Positions 48,653 to 59,904 are shown, numbered from the stretch's first letter. The stretch: 64,000 nucleotides of DNA from Cyanophyceae cyanobacterium (GCA_050331735.1 JBHJGN010000006.1:41856-105855), one strand, 5' to 3'. The notes: generated by a model from the letters alone, not told the origin. Made by a program: numbers and translations.

Positions 48653-49945
48653 TCAAGTGTTGTTTAGGAATAAATTAGGACCGATTGGCTGCGGAGTACA
48701 AGCTAATGAACCAGAGTCAGTCGCTAGTAATTGTTCGTAAACAGTAACGAGTCGATCATTAAGTTTGTGAAGATCGTAATGCTGTTCGACAAAAGCTCGA
48801 CCAGACTGACCCATCTCTGCCCAAGTTTCTGAATGGTCAAGTAAATAGCCTAGTTTTTGGGCTAAAGCATCAGCATCTCGCTCTGGCACCAGAAAACCGG
48901 AAACTCCTTCTTCGACCAACTCTGGAATACCACCATGATAGGTACTGACTACGGGCAAACCCATTGCCATCGCCTCTTTTAAAACATTAATTGGGGCATC
49001 TTGATTGCCGTCAGCCGCCGTGACGCTGGGCGCAATAAATAGATGCGATCGCTGCAAAATTTCAATAATTTCTTGCTCGTTTTTCCAGCCGAGTAAATGA
49101 ACAATGTGACCAACTTTCAGCTCATCAATGAGTTGCTGTAGGTGCGGCTTTAATTCTCCGTCACCAATAATGTTGTACTCAATATTTGGATGCGTTTCGG
49201 CTTGTTGAGCAACGGCACGAATGGCATACTCAATTCCTTTTTTTTCAACCAAACGGCCAGTAGTGGCAATGCGTACTTTTCCATCAGTGGGGAACTGACG
49301 AGAGTCAAACGGAAACTTACTAGAGTCTAATCCTGAATAGTGAACAATAATTTTATTTGGATCGCAGCCTAGGTTGACAGCATGACTTCTAAAGAACTGG
49401 CAGTTAGCCAAAAAAAAGTCTCCAGTTTTAAAGAGTTCGTTGTAAATCTGTTTGCCGTTCTCCTTAACGAATCTGCTAATATCATGACCGCGAAAAATTG
49501 TAATTAGCTTTGCTTGAGGAGCATTCTGTTTTTGAAATGCCATTGCCCGGAAGGCAAGACTACCAAATTGGCAATGAATAATGTCATAACTTTTACTCAA
49601 GTTAGGCACAATAGTATAGAGTAGCCACAGAGAAAGCGATTGCTTGCCGTATTTAAAAAAATTAAGTGAATGCACAACAGATGCCGGATCTCTGTAACCA
49701 TAGCTAACGAGTAACGGCAAGCTCTTTACAACTCTTAAGAGAAGATTTTGAGGGATTTCAGGAAAATAATAAGTGTGGTCGAGAAGACTGTACTTTTCTA
49801 TCGCCTCATGCACCTTAATCGTATCGCCTTTTTGATCGGCGTATATATCAACCTGATGTCCTCTGTCAAGCAAGCCGATAATTTGATTTAATATAAATGT
49901 TTCTGACAATATTGGAAAGCAGCCAACGATAAAGGCAATCTTCAT
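48653..49945 (-). CDS. GT4 family glycosyltransferase (WcaL-like)
   Basis: FPILSETFILNQI, IHCQFG, FRGHD, GRLVEKKG, EAMAMGLPV..T.HGGIPE. Confidence 0.92.
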   Translation of the reverse strand: MKIAFIVGCFPILSETFILNQIIGLLDRGHQVDIYADQKGDTIKVHEAIEKYSLLDHTYYFPEIPQNLLLRVVKSLPLLVSYGYRDPASVVHSLNFFKYGKQSLSLWLLYTIVPNLSKSYDIIHCQFGSLAFRAMAFQKQNAPQAKLITIFRGHDISRFVKENGKQIYNELFKTGDFFLANCQFFRSHAVNLGCDPNKIIVHYSGLDSSKFPFDSRQFPTDGKVRIATTGRLVEKKGIEYAIRAVAQQAETHPNIEYNIIGDGELKPHLQQLIDELKVGHIVHLLGWKNEQEIIEILQRSHLFIAPSVTAADGNQDAPINVLKEAMAMGLPVVSTYHGGIPELVEEGVSGFLVPERDADALAQKLGYLLDHSETWAEMGQSGRAFVEQHYDLHKLNDRLVTVYEQLLATDSGSLACTPQPIGPNLFLNNT

Positions 49946-50005
49946 AACTATTATTTAGATTCTTTAGATAAGTATGCTCTTCTCTAACTTCTCTTTCATT
50001 AAGCA

Positions 50006-50929
50006 CTAATTTCTAACTGGTATGCCTCCTAGTTTAAGCCGAATGACCTCCAAAGCAGTAATATATCTGACAAAAAGCATAACAAGAGAAACTTTAAGTT
50101 TAGGCTTCAAACCTTTTAAACGAGAGTCCCGAAAAGTACTAACCATGAAATTTAGAGGAGGAATCAAATTTTGAGCCAAACAAATTATAAAAATCGTATT
50201 CTGTTCAAATTGTGATTTTGCTTTTCGGCATTGCCAGCTATACAGTCCCGCTGTTATTCTCATCGTTCTTCGATAGATTTGCCCCCAAGAATATCTCGCT
50301 GGATGAGCTACTTGAACATCCTCTGCATAAATCTGTTGATACCCGTGCTCAAAAACTCGCTTTCCCCACTCAAGATCGCCCCCGGATTTGAAACTGGTAT
50401 CAAAATTGCCAACTTGCTCAATTACTTTTCTAAAAGTAAAAATATTTGCAGTTGCTCCCCCTTTATATTGTTCAAGAAGTTGCTTTTGGGCAAAGGCTGT
50501 TATTTTTTCAAAAAGTTCGATAGAAGTAAGCCGGCTAGGATCTTTAAAGAAAAGCTCAATTTTGCCAGCTACTAAACCACAATTTGGTGTTCTCAGTAAA
50601 GCTTTTACTCCCTTTTCAAGCCAATCAGCAGCGGGAACGCAATCAGCATCTGTAAAAGCAATCACTTCGCCTTTAGCTAGAGCAAGTCCCCGATTTCTGG
50701 CGGCATAGGAGCCGGGAGTGCTTTCAAAAGCAGCAATTGCGCTATCAAATTGAGCGACAACCCCTTGAATGTCTTGTCCCTCATCAGAAGCATTATCGAC
50801 AACAATTACTTCATAAAGGGTTTTTGGATATGTCTGAGCTTTTAGGGCCTTTAAACAGATCTTCAAACGCTCAGCATCATTAAAAACCGGGATAACGACG
50901 GAAACAAAAGGATCGCTAAAAATATTCAT
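50006..50929 (-). CDS. GT2 family glycosyltransferase
   Basis: SVVIPVFND, VVDNAS, GSYAARN, FTDAD, SGGD. Confidence 0.93.
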   Translation of the reverse strand: MNIFSDPFVSVVIPVFNDAERLKICLKALKAQTYPKTLYEVIVVDNASDEGQDIQGVVAQFDSAIAAFESTPGSYAARNRGLALAKGEVIAFTDADCVPAADWLEKGVKALLRTPNCGLVAGKIELFFKDPSRLTSIELFEKITAFAQKQLLEQYKGGATANIFTFRKVIEQVGNFDTSFKSGGDLEWGKRVFEHGYQQIYAEDVQVAHPARYSWGQIYRRTMRITAGLYSWQCRKAKSQFEQNTIFIICLAQNLIPPLNFMVSTFRDSRLKGLKPKLKVSLVMLFVRYITALEVIRLKLGGIPVRN

Positions 50930-50944
50930 TCTTTTTATCTGCCA

Positions 50945-52396
50945 CTAAGTTCGCGCTGCAAACTTCTTTTGCTTTGTGTCTTCAGTATTTTTCGTGACAA
51001 ACTCTTCATGATAAGACCGTTCCGTATTCACATCCCAAAGATTGTGTTCTTCTCCAAGGATATTTTTAGCGGCTAAAATCGCTGTCAGCATCGAGTGGTC
51101 TTGGTTGTTGTAGCGGTGCATGCCATTGCGACCAACGGTCTGCAAGTTCTCAAAGGTTTGCAGATAATCTTGAATCACCTGTAGGTGCTGGCGATATTCG
51201 CCGTCGTATACCGGATAAGCTTTGTGCTGACGAATCACTACCCCGTCTTCAATCTTTCCTAGATGGTCAACTAGCCCGAGATTAACCACTTCCCGACTCG
51301 CCAAATCAATTAATTCTGTCTCCGATAGCTCCCACAGCGCATCGCCTTCACTACAGAAGTACTCCATGCCCAAACACGTTTTCTTCGGGTCAGGAACCAT
51401 AGCCGGACTCCAATTTTTGAAGTTTTGGATGCGTCCTACTTTGAACTCTGGAGAATGAATATAAATCCAGTTATCGGGAAAGAGTTCTGGCTCATCGATC
51501 ACGAGCGAGACAATCAGAAAATCCCGATAAGAAAGGCTGCGGGCTGCTTTAATAACTGGTTCCGGTGGCAGGGGATCGAGGCGATGGACCAGCGCTGTCA
51601 CGGGCATACTAGAAACAAAGTGGTCTCCTGTCAATTGAAAGGTCTGTCCGCCTTTGCTAGCTGTGATGCTCTCAATGCGATTCCCGTTTCGCTTTACCTG
51701 GCACACTTCGGTATTGAGCCATACCGGACTCCCCTGATTTTCTAGGATTTCCTGGCAGCACTCCCACATTTGCCCGGGTCCGAGGAGGGGATAATCAAAC
51801 TCTTTAATAAGAGTTTTGGTATTGTTGCTACCCGTTAGTGCATTGAGCACGGCTTTTTTGAGCGATAGACCTTTAATGCGCTGTGCTGCCCAGTCGGCTC
51901 GAATTTGGGTGCAGGGAATTCCCCAAACTTTCTCGGTGTAGGACTTGAAGAAAGTTTCGTAAAGTCTTTGGCCAAAGCGGTTGGATACCCATTGCTCAAA
52001 GTTTTCCTCGACTGGATGGGGTTGAACCTTGGCTTTGAAATAGCTCCACATAATCAGGAGGCTGTTAATGACTCCTAGATTAGCGAGAGCATTGTAAGGT
52101 TCGAGCGGATAGCTAAAAAACTTGCCATCGTAGTAGATGCGCGACAGGCGAGGCACCCGAATAAACTTGTCTCCCATGATTTCCCGCCAAATCTGTTCGA
52201 CTTCGCCTACTTTGGTAAAGAAGCGATGACCGCCAATGTCAAAGCGGTAGCCTTTGTAAACTTCTGTGCGGGCAATTCCCCCAACCTTGTCGTCCTTTTC
52301 GAGGACAATCGAGCGCACGTCTTTTTTGCCCAACTCATAGGCGGTGGTTAAGCCCGCCGGACCAGCACCGATAATTACGGTAGGGTAATAAATCAT
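50945..52396 (-). CDS. FAD-dependent oxidoreductase, UDP-galactopyranose mutase-like
   Basis: IGAGPAGL, FDIGGHRFF, YTEKVWG, AYPV, GRNGMHRYNNQDHSM. Confidence 0.78.
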   Translation of the reverse strand: MIYYPTVIIGAGPAGLTTAYELGKKDVRSIVLEKDDKVGGIARTEVYKGYRFDIGGHRFFTKVGEVEQIWREIMGDKFIRVPRLSRIYYDGKFFSYPLEPYNALANLGVINSLLIMWSYFKAKVQPHPVEENFEQWVSNRFGQRLYETFFKSYTEKVWGIPCTQIRADWAAQRIKGLSLKKAVLNALTGSNNTKTLIKEFDYPLLGPGQMWECCQEILENQGSPVWLNTEVCQVKRNGNRIESITASKGGQTFQLTGDHFVSSMPVTALVHRLDPLPPEPVIKAARSLSYRDFLIVSLVIDEPELFPDNWIYIHSPEFKVGRIQNFKNWSPAMVPDPKKTCLGMEYFCSEGDALWELSETELIDLASREVVNLGLVDHLGKIEDGVVIRQHKAYPVYDGEYRQHLQVIQDYLQTFENLQTVGRNGMHRYNNQDHSMLTAILAAKNILGEEHNLWDVNTERSYHEEFVTKNTEDTKQKKFAART

Positions 52397-52444
52397 AAAA
52401 TTAGTAGCCGTTGTGAGTAGTGTGCTTTGGTAACAATGCTTTGT

Positions 52445-53512
52445 TTACGAGTCGGCTAGAGAAATTCCAGGCCGACGGGCTTTATCGAGTTGATGGCGAA
52501 TGACTCCAATCGTAAAAGCTAAACCGCTGTAGAAGTAGTAAAACAGATGCCAGGGAATTGTCTGTACGGTAAAAACCAAACCGCGCTTGTGCCAAAAAAA
52601 GCGATAAACTGGCAGATTAAGGATTACAAGCACGAGCAGAAAAGTCGCGGCAGGCACTATTCCCAGAGGCTGCCAGAAAGAGCCAATTGAAGCAGCCAGA
52701 AAAAGATAGGTTAAAACGACGCTGAGCCGACTGCTAGGCTTGAGATTTAAGTCTTTCATCACTCGCTGAAAATTATCGGGTTGGGCTTCTTGCAGGCGCA
52801 GAATGAGAGCAGTCCAAGGCAGCGCACGATAAAAAAATTCGGCTCTCAGTAGCGAGACAGGTTCCCACCGTTTCAGATGCTTAACCTGTAGCTCTTTGCA
52901 CAGTCGAATTACATATCCTTTTGAACGTAGTCGGTAGCCTAACTCAATATCTTCAACGCAGGGACGGCGATAGCTTTCATCGAAGCCACCTACCGCTAGA
53001 AAAACATCTCGACGGATGGCCCCGCAGGCTCCCCAGAAAGTAGAGGCTTCCAGGCTCGCTTGTTGATGGGTATAGTGATGAAACAGATTTTTGTACTGGG
53101 AGAGAAAGTTAGGTTCTCCAGGAGTATCGTCGTAGGAACCAATGAGGGCAGCCAACCGTGAATCGGTAAAAGCCTGTTTCACTTGAGCGATCGCATCTGC
53201 ACAAATTTCTACATCCGCATCGACAAAATAAAGAATTTCTCCCGTTGCCTCTTTCGCTCCTAAATTTCTCGCTTTCGCTGGTCCTTCACTGATTGGTTTT
53301 CGGATGACTCTGGCTCCAAATTCTTGAGCTAGCTGCGCCGAACCATCCGTGTCTCCGTCGGCCACCACAATAATTTCTTCCGGTAATGGCGTTGCTTGGG
53401 ATAAGCTATTTAAACAGCGGCGAAAACTAGAGCCGCCGTTATGGACAGGAATAATAACGGAAAGTGACGGAGCCTTCAGAGAACTATGGTGATTGGCTTC
53501 TGTAAATTTCAT
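52445..53512 (-). CDS. GT2 family glycosyltransferase with C-terminal TM helices
   Basis: SVIIPVHN, VADGDTD, GPAKARN, FVDAD, GGFDE...VED; hydrophobic C-terminus. Confidence 0.92.
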   Translation of the reverse strand: MKFTEANHHSSLKAPSLSVIIPVHNGGSSFRRCLNSLSQATPLPEEIIVVADGDTDGSAQLAQEFGARVIRKPISEGPAKARNLGAKEATGEILYFVDADVEICADAIAQVKQAFTDSRLAALIGSYDDTPGEPNFLSQYKNLFHHYTHQQASLEASTFWGACGAIRRDVFLAVGGFDESYRRPCVEDIELGYRLRSKGYVIRLCKELQVKHLKRWEPVSLLRAEFFYRALPWTALILRLQEAQPDNFQRVMKDLNLKPSSRLSVVLTYLFLAASIGSFWQPLGIVPAATFLLVLVILNLPVYRFFWHKRGLVFTVQTIPWHLFYYFYSGLAFTIGVIRHQLDKARRPGISLADS

Positions 53513-53811
53513 ACTGTAGGTTATGGCTAGATACAGGCTGAGTAAGGCATGCTTTCCACCAACCTTTATAACATAGATAACATGACGTTATTTAAAGTTT
53601 TTGTAAAAAGAACATGAAAAACAGATGAAAGTAAGAATTCTGTAGTGTGGGGTGCTAATTTATCTTTCTTAGTAGAATCGGGCGAGAACTTTCAGAACAA
53701 TCCTTTTTGCTATTTCTGAGTCTGCTTTTTTGCTATTTAAAGTCCATAATTGAACCAAAAAACAATCCGCTTCTCATGTTTCTGTTACTTTTCTATCACT
53801 AATTAGTTACT

Positions 53812-54672
53812 ATGAGGGAACCAAAAACTACTTTGTGGGAAAGCTTTTTGAAACCGATAGTTAGTCTGTTGATCGATGAAGATGAACTTCGTCAGCTTTA
53901 CCAAAATATAGAGTGGGAGCAAGAAAGTGCTTGCCTTAGCGATCCCAGCCTAGTTTACCCGCTGTACTACAGTCGTCAGGATTTCCACGGAATTGACGGC
54001 GGCTATCTTAACCCTGAAGCGGCAGTAACCTACGACCCAGTTACCCAGTACGTTTTACCTCCTCATGAATTGTGGGTGCGGCAAGATGCCATTAAGACTG
54101 TTGGCGGAGAGCCGCGCCAAATTATCGATTTGGGGTGCGGAACGGGTTCGAGTACGCTGATGCTTAAACAAACCTTTCCGCAAGCCAAAGTGACTGGACT
54201 CGATTTGTCGCCCTATATGCTAGTGATGGCAGAACATAAAGCACGGCAAGCTCGGCTAAATATCCATTGGCGGCATGGTAAAGCCGAAGCGACCGGACTA
54301 GAGGCCGAGGCTTTTGATACTGTATTTGTCTCTCTGCTGTTTCACGAGACTCCTCCCCACATTTCTGAGGCAATTGTGAGAGAGAGCTGGCGCTTGCTCG
54401 TTCCGGGAGGACAAATGATTATTCTTGACGGCAACCAAAAGACGCTGAGAGAATCGGATTGGCTGACTACCATCTTTGAGGAACCCTATATTAAGGCTTA
54501 TGCTGCGGGGAGTGTTGATGACTGGATGAGAGAAGCGGGATTTGAAGCGGTCCAAACTCGAGAAATTTGGTGGGTACATCAGATAACCCAAGGAATGAAG
54601 CCCACGGGCGCCAATCCGCAGGTACAGCAGGAGTACAGGGTAGCCTCTGACATGCTTCCTGTCCCTTTGTGA
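53812..54672 (+). CDS. Class I SAM-dependent methyltransferase
   Basis: YPLYY..QDFHGIDGGYL, IDLGCGTG, GLDLSPYML, LLFHE. Confidence 0.9.
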   Translation: MREPKTTLWESFLKPIVSLLIDEDELRQLYQNIEWEQESACLSDPSLVYPLYYSRQDFHGIDGGYLNPEAAVTYDPVTQYVLPPHELWVRQDAIKTVGGEPRQIIDLGCGTGSSTLMLKQTFPQAKVTGLDLSPYMLVMAEHKARQARLNIHWRHGKAEATGLEAEAFDTVFVSLLFHETPPHISEAIVRESWRLLVPGGQMIILDGNQKTLRESDWLTTIFEEPYIKAYAAGSVDDWMREAGFEAVQTREIWWVHQITQGMKPTGANPQVQQEYRVASDMLPVPL

Positions 54673-54711
54673 ACGAGCTACGGTGGATAGGCTGGCGGTA
54701 TCCGAATCATA

Positions 54712-55428
54712 ATGACTCTAAAAGCAGTACTTTTTAACTTCAGCGGTGTCATCATCAACGATCAATTAATTCGTCAACAGCTAATTGATGAGATTCTTCT
54801 CCAGGAAAATCTACGTCCTTCAGCATCAGAAGATTGGCAGAAGTATTTAGGAAGGAGCGATCGCACTTGCTTGCAAGAGATTTTGACGAGTCGCGGTCGA
54901 GTTGTTTCCAATGCTTATCTCACTCAATTAATGATCAACAGGGCCAAAGCCTACGAACAGCAACTCCAACAGCTAGACTGTTTACCTCTCTACTCGGGAG
55001 TCAAAGATTTTCTCGCGCACCTCAAGTCAGCGGAGCTAAAAACAGGGTTGGTAGCCGACGCACTGCGTACCGAGATCGATTTCGTGCTCGCTCGCGCTGC
55101 GGTGGCTGCTGAGTTTGATGTCATTGTTGCTGGTGATGAACTAGAACCGGGTAAACCGGACTCCCATCGTTATTTATTGGCTATCGAACGGCTTAATCGC
55201 CAGAATCCGGTCGGTATAGAGCCAGCCAATTGCTTAACCATAGAAAATACCTATACGGGAATTGCAGCCGCTCAACAGTCTGGAATCGCGGTGGTGGGAG
55301 TTGCTAATACATTGCCGCTCCACATGCTACAGCGTCAGGCAGACTGGGTAGTAGACTCGCTGGCAGAACTAAATCTAGCAACAGTTCAAGATTTTTTCGA
55401 GTCCAAAAGCGATCACCAACTAGAGTAA
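54712..55428 (+). CDS. HAD-superfamily phosphatase-like protein with degenerate catalytic motifs
   Basis: LKAVLFNFSGVII (motif I without Asp), GKPD, CLTIENT (motif IV D to N). Confidence 0.8.
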   Translation: MTLKAVLFNFSGVIINDQLIRQQLIDEILLQENLRPSASEDWQKYLGRSDRTCLQEILTSRGRVVSNAYLTQLMINRAKAYEQQLQQLDCLPLYSGVKDFLAHLKSAELKTGLVADALRTEIDFVLARAAVAAEFDVIVAGDELEPGKPDSHRYLLAIERLNRQNPVGIEPANCLTIENTYTGIAAAQQSGIAVVGVANTLPLHMLQRQADWVVDSLAELNLATVQDFFESKSDHQLE

Positions 55429-55657
55429 GCATTGCGCTAGTGGAACTCGCCGCTCAACAGAGCCTAAAGTGTACTCTTGGGTGTCTTCTTTAGAAGATTA
55501 TTGCCAGTGATGGTTTGGGCAGAGCTAAGCTTGTCGCTCTGGTAGCGACTCAGTATTTTGCCCCTAATTTTTCTACATCATACCCGAGTTACTCAACGTT
55601 TTTTGAGTTTGTAAAAAAATATGAACAGAGAAGCACCGCTCCTTAAGACTTGGTCTG

Positions 55658-57232
55658 CTACCAGAAGCTGCGCTTACCGCTAGGAAGCACAGTAGCCCAG
55701 TTCGTTTTAGCCAGTGCCAACTGTTCTTTGGTTACTTGAGCATTGGTCAGATTGGCTCCGCATAAATTGGCATCATTGAGGTTAGCATGCATTAAATGAG
55801 CAAACTGCAAATTAGCTCCCTGTAAGTCTGCACCTTCAAGATTGCTGTAGCCAAGATAAGCTCGACATAAATTCGCTTTTTTGAGGATGGACTGCTTTAA
55901 GTTAGCGCGACCAAAATTAGCGCTGGTCAAGTCGGCTTCTTGGAGATTAATGTTCTTCAAGTTTGACTGACTAAAAATTCCTTCTGCTAAGGTCACTCCT
56001 TGCAGGTCTAATCCCTGTAAGTTCTGCTGGGCAAAATCGCGTCTGCCTTTGGGATAGCTACTCGCAACGGTTTTAGCATCGAGTTTGACGGTTTTTTTTC
56101 TCCCTGAGTGGAAAGCCGTTTTGCTGATTCCCTCTGGTTGGTGACGATTTAGAGTACTAGGTGTATTGATGGTGGTTTGTTGACGACGACGTTCCTTGCG
56201 GGCGCGAATTGCCATGGCTAGCTTAGAGGTGGCCGACAGATTCGGATTGGTTGGGGCTGGAGATGAAGTATCTTCGAGGAAGCTAGATTGGTTAGATGTA
56301 GGCTGACTTACCAAGCCCTGAGCTAGGCTGTCAAGATATGGCTCCATCTCTAACGCTTTCAGCACTTCGTCGGCGGACTTATAGCGATGGCGTACCGACA
56401 CGTCCATCATGGTGCGGAGAATCTGGGCGAGATGGTCACTGATGTTGACATGCTGTTGCCAAGTAATATCTCCCGTAGCAGAATCAAACCCGAGGTTTTT
56501 CGGTGGCTTACCCGTCAGCAAATACAGACACGTTACTCCGAGGGCGTAGATGTCGCTGGCATAGATTGGTCTCATCGCCAACTGTTCCGGCGGAGCATAG
56601 CCTGTGGTTCCTACGGAGAAAGCGGTCAAAGCCGTTTGAGCGACTGTATCGGTCACGGCGCTAACCTGATCTTTGACAGCCCCAAAGTCGATTAGGACCA
56701 GCTTGCGGTCTTGTTCGCGACGAATCAGGTTTGCCGGTTTGATGTCGCGATGAATCACCTGTAGAGAGTGAATATATTGAAGCAGCGGCAAAACCTCGCT
56801 GAGGAACTGCTTCACGCCTGCCTCACTAAAGGGACCGTTGCGTTTCACCTCCCGCTGGAGGTCATAGCCACTGACGTACTCTTGAACTAGATAAAATTGC
56901 TGGTTGGCTTCAAAGTAATCGAGCAGTCGGGGAATTTGCGGATGATTGCTGAGTCTGCCTAACGTTTTCGCCTCTCGCTCAAACAGTTCCTTGGCCATTC
57001 TGAAGGTGTCGGGGTCTTGAGACGACGGACGCAACTGTTTGATGACACAGCCCGGTTGTCCAGGAAGGGAGAGATCGCGGGCGAGAAAAGTGGTGCCAAA
57101 TCCTCCCTTACCCAAAATTTTGCCAATTTGATAGCGATCGCGCAGCAGCAGTTGAGTGCCGCAGCCATGACAGTTGACTGCTTGAGCAGAGTTCTTTGGA
57201 CTAGAGCAAGAGGGATTTGTGCAGTAGCTCAT
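55658..57232 (-). CDS. Ser/Thr protein kinase with N-terminal Cys-rich motif and C-terminal pentapeptide repeats (SpkB-like)
   Basis: YCTNPSC...CHGCG, LGKGGFG, HRDIKPAN, DFG, GYAPPE; ANL.G repeats. Confidence 0.92.
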   Translation of the reverse strand: MSYCTNPSCSSPKNSAQAVNCHGCGTQLLLRDRYQIGKILGKGGFGTTFLARDLSLPGQPGCVIKQLRPSSQDPDTFRMAKELFEREAKTLGRLSNHPQIPRLLDYFEANQQFYLVQEYVSGYDLQREVKRNGPFSEAGVKQFLSEVLPLLQYIHSLQVIHRDIKPANLIRREQDRKLVLIDFGAVKDQVSAVTDTVAQTALTAFSVGTTGYAPPEQLAMRPIYASDIYALGVTCLYLLTGKPPKNLGFDSATGDITWQQHVNISDHLAQILRTMMDVSVRHRYKSADEVLKALEMEPYLDSLAQGLVSQPTSNQSSFLEDTSSPAPTNPNLSATSKLAMAIRARKERRRQQTTINTPSTLNRHQPEGISKTAFHSGRKKTVKLDAKTVASSYPKGRRDFAQQNLQGLDLQGVTLAEGIFSQSNLKNINLQEADLTSANFGRANLKQSILKKANLCRAYLGYSNLEGADLQGANLQFAHLMHANLNDANLCGANLTNAQVTKEQLALAKTNWATVLPSGKRSFW

Positions 57233-57463
57233 TTAGTTTCACCATCATCGCGTTGTTGGCACTAAGGAATCAGTCTGAGTCACCGAGAGATATCGGCTGG
57301 AAAGAGCGCGAAACTCTAATACCATAACCGATCTTTTCTCATCCGTCTCCTCATGACAACAGGCTTTTCACGGAATTTAGCAGCAAGATGAGGATGTGTT
57401 CTCTCCTCTAGCAGAGAGAGCGTTAAAATGATTGAGCTAAAGTAAACAAAAAGCGACGAGTCG

Positions 57464-59878
57464 ATGCGGATCTCTTTGAATTGGCTACGGGAATTAGTAG
57501 AGTTTTCTCTTTCTCCCGAAGAATTAGCCCAAACCCTAACCATTGCCGGATTTGAGGTAGAAGATATTGAAGACCGTCGCACCTTCGCGGACGGAGTGGT
57601 GATTGGTCTCGTTCAGCAGTGCGATCTCCATCCTAACGCTGATAAACTCCGGGTGTGTCGGGTTGATATTGGACAGAACGAGCCGGTAACGATTGTCTGT
57701 GGCGCTGCTAATGTCCGGGCGACAGCGTATGTCTGCGTTGCCACTACGGGAACGTATTTACCTGCTGTTGACCTGAAGATCAAGTCAGCTAAACTCCGGG
57801 GAGTGCGTTCTGAAGGCATGATTTGCTCGCTTCAAGAGCTAGGCTTAGAAAAGGACTCAGAAGGCATCTATATTTTCCCAGACAAGCAGCTACAGCCGGG
57901 AGACGATGTGCGCCCTCTCCTCGGGCTGGATGATATCATTTTAGACTTGACAGCAACGGCCAATCGTTCTGATGCCCTCAGCATGGTGGGCGTAGCTCGG
58001 GAGGTCGCTGCCTTAACAGGAGACGCTCTGAAGCTCCCCTCGGCTCCCGAACTAACGATAGCAGAGAGGGATGCTCCGTTAGCGATCGCCGACAATCGTG
58101 CCTGTCCCGCCTATATTGGCACTACCATCGAGGGTGTGACGATGGCTCCCTCTCCAGAGTGGCTGCAACAGCGGCTCTTGACGGCAGGAGTAAGACCGAT
58201 CAGCAATGTTGTTGACGTGACTAACTATATTTTGCTGGAATGGGGACAGCCCCTTCATGCCTTTGATAGAGATCGGTTGCGTGGGGAGCAGATATCAGTA
58301 GGAGTGCGCTTTGCCAGAGAGGGAGAAACCCTACAAACCCTGGACGGACAGCAGCGCTTCCTCGACTCCGAGAATCTACTGATTACGGCAGGTGATCGCC
58401 CAGTAGCCCTGGCTGGCGTGATGGGAGGGGAAGAAACAGAAGTTCATGCTCAAACTCAAAACGTGTTCCTCGAAGCCGCCCTCTTTGACCCTGTAACGAT
58501 TCGCCGTTCGGCTCGTCGTCAGAGTCTGCGGACAGAAGCCTCCGCCCGCTACGAGCGCGGGATCAACCAAGCCGAGTTAAAAACTGCCTGTAATCGGGCG
58601 ATCGCTCTCATGGTTGAGCTGGCTGGGGGCAAAGTGACCCGGAGAACCATCCACGATGCTCGCCCCGATTTATCCAAAGGGTTTTTGATTGAGCTACGGC
58701 TAGAGCGGGTTCGTCAGGTTCTGGGTCCAGTGGTCGGAGAAGAACAGCCCGGAAAAATTGAAGCCGCAGACGTAGAGCGCATTCTTTCAGCTCTAGGCTG
58801 TCAGCTTCAGCGGGAGGAAGTCGCTCCAGCACGATGGTTTGTGACGGTTCCTCCTTACCGCCACCGGGACTTAGAGCGAGAAATTGACCTAATTGAAGAA
58901 ATTGCGCGGCTTTATGGCTATGACCGCTTCTGCGACGAACTGCCCGATAAAACCGAACCGGGCTATTTGTCTTTGGCCTATCAGGTGCAGCAGCGAGTGC
59001 GCTTTGCTCTTCAAGCGGTCGGACTGACGGAAGTGGTGCAGTATTCTTTGGTTAAGCCAGAAGCTAACGAAATTACTCTAGCTAATCCTCTCTTTGCTGA
59101 ATATTCCGCTCTGCGCACTAACCTACTCGATGGCCTAATTAATGCGTTTGCCTATAATCAGTCTCAGGGCAATGGAGCGCTCAACGCCTTTGAAATTGGT
59201 CGCGTGTTCCGGCAGCACGGTGGAGAATTCCAAGAAGCCGATGCCGTGGCGGGGATTATAGGCGGGGACTATGCCCCCGTCGGTCGCTGGACGAGGGGAG
59301 GCAAAGCAGCGCCACTAACCTGGCATGAAGCGAAAGGCTTTCTAGAAACTGTGTTTGAGTCTTTGGGGCCTTCTGTAGAGTATCAGCCTACTCGAGAAGA
59401 TAAGCGTCTTCATCCGGGACGAACCGCTTCCCTATGGCTAGAGGGTAAACGGCTGGGAATATTTGGTCAGCTTCACCCGCAACTGCGCCAGCAGAAGGAT
59501 TTACCGGAGGCTGTCTATGGGTTTGAAATCAGCTTTAATCTCATCCGGGAAGTATTAGGAGGAGTGCAGGCGACTCGTTTTCGGTCCTACTCATCTTATC
59601 CGGCTGTAGAGAGAGATCTGGCTTTTGTCGCAGCGAAACAAGTTGCCGTAGCCGATATCGAACGGGTGATGTACAAAGCTGGAGGCACTTTGCTTGCCGG
59701 AGTGGAACTATTCGACCAGTATCAGGGCCAGAATATGGCAGAGGGAGAGCGCAGTTTAGCCTTTAGCCTATTCTATCGAGCGGGCGATCGCAACTTAACT
59801 GCGGAAGAAGTTGAACCGGTTCACAACAAAATTCGAGAAGCGTTAGTGGAGCAATTCAACGTAACGCTACGAAGTTAA
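57464..59878 (+). CDS. pheT: Phenylalanine--tRNA ligase beta subunit
   Basis: [53 protein letters not shown]. Confidence 0.98.
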   Translation: MRISLNWLRELVEFSLSPEELAQTLTIAGFEVEDIEDRRTFADGVVIGLVQQCDLHPNADKLRVCRVDIGQNEPVTIVCGAANVRATAYVCVATTGTYLPAVDLKIKSAKLRGVRSEGMICSLQELGLEKDSEGIYIFPDKQLQPGDDVRPLLGLDDIILDLTATANRSDALSMVGVAREVAALTGDALKLPSAPELTIAERDAPLAIADNRACPAYIGTTIEGVTMAPSPEWLQQRLLTAGVRPISNVVDVTNYILLEWGQPLHAFDRDRLRGEQISVGVRFAREGETLQTLDGQQRFLDSENLLITAGDRPVALAGVMGGEETEVHAQTQNVFLEAALFDPVTIRRSARRQSLRTEASARYERGINQAELKTACNRAIALMVELAGGKVTRRTIHDARPDLSKGFLIELRLERVRQVLGPVVGEEQPGKIEAADVERILSALGCQLQREEVAPARWFVTVPPYRHRDLEREIDLIEEIARLYGYDRFCDELPDKTEPGYLSLAYQVQQRVRFALQAVGLTEVVQYSLVKPEANEITLANPLFAEYSALRTNLLDGLINAFAYNQSQGNGALNAFEIGRVFRQHGGEFQEADAVAGIIGGDYAPVGRWTRGGKAAPLTWHEAKGFLETVFESLGPSVEYQPTREDKRLHPGRTASLWLEGKRLGIFGQLHPQLRQQKDLPEAVYGFEISFNLIREVLGGVQATRFRSYSSYPAVERDLAFVAAKQVAVADIERVMYKAGGTLLAGVELFDQYQGQNMAEGERSLAFSLFYRAGDRNLTAEEVEPVHNKIREALVEQFNVTLRS

Positions 59879-59904
59879 TGAGTAATCTATTGGGATTAAT
59901 TGCT

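Noticed and set aside
57233..59878. pheT without adjacent pheS; possible T-box leader
   Set aside because: Separation of pheS and pheT is common in cyanobacteria, and no T-box motif was seen
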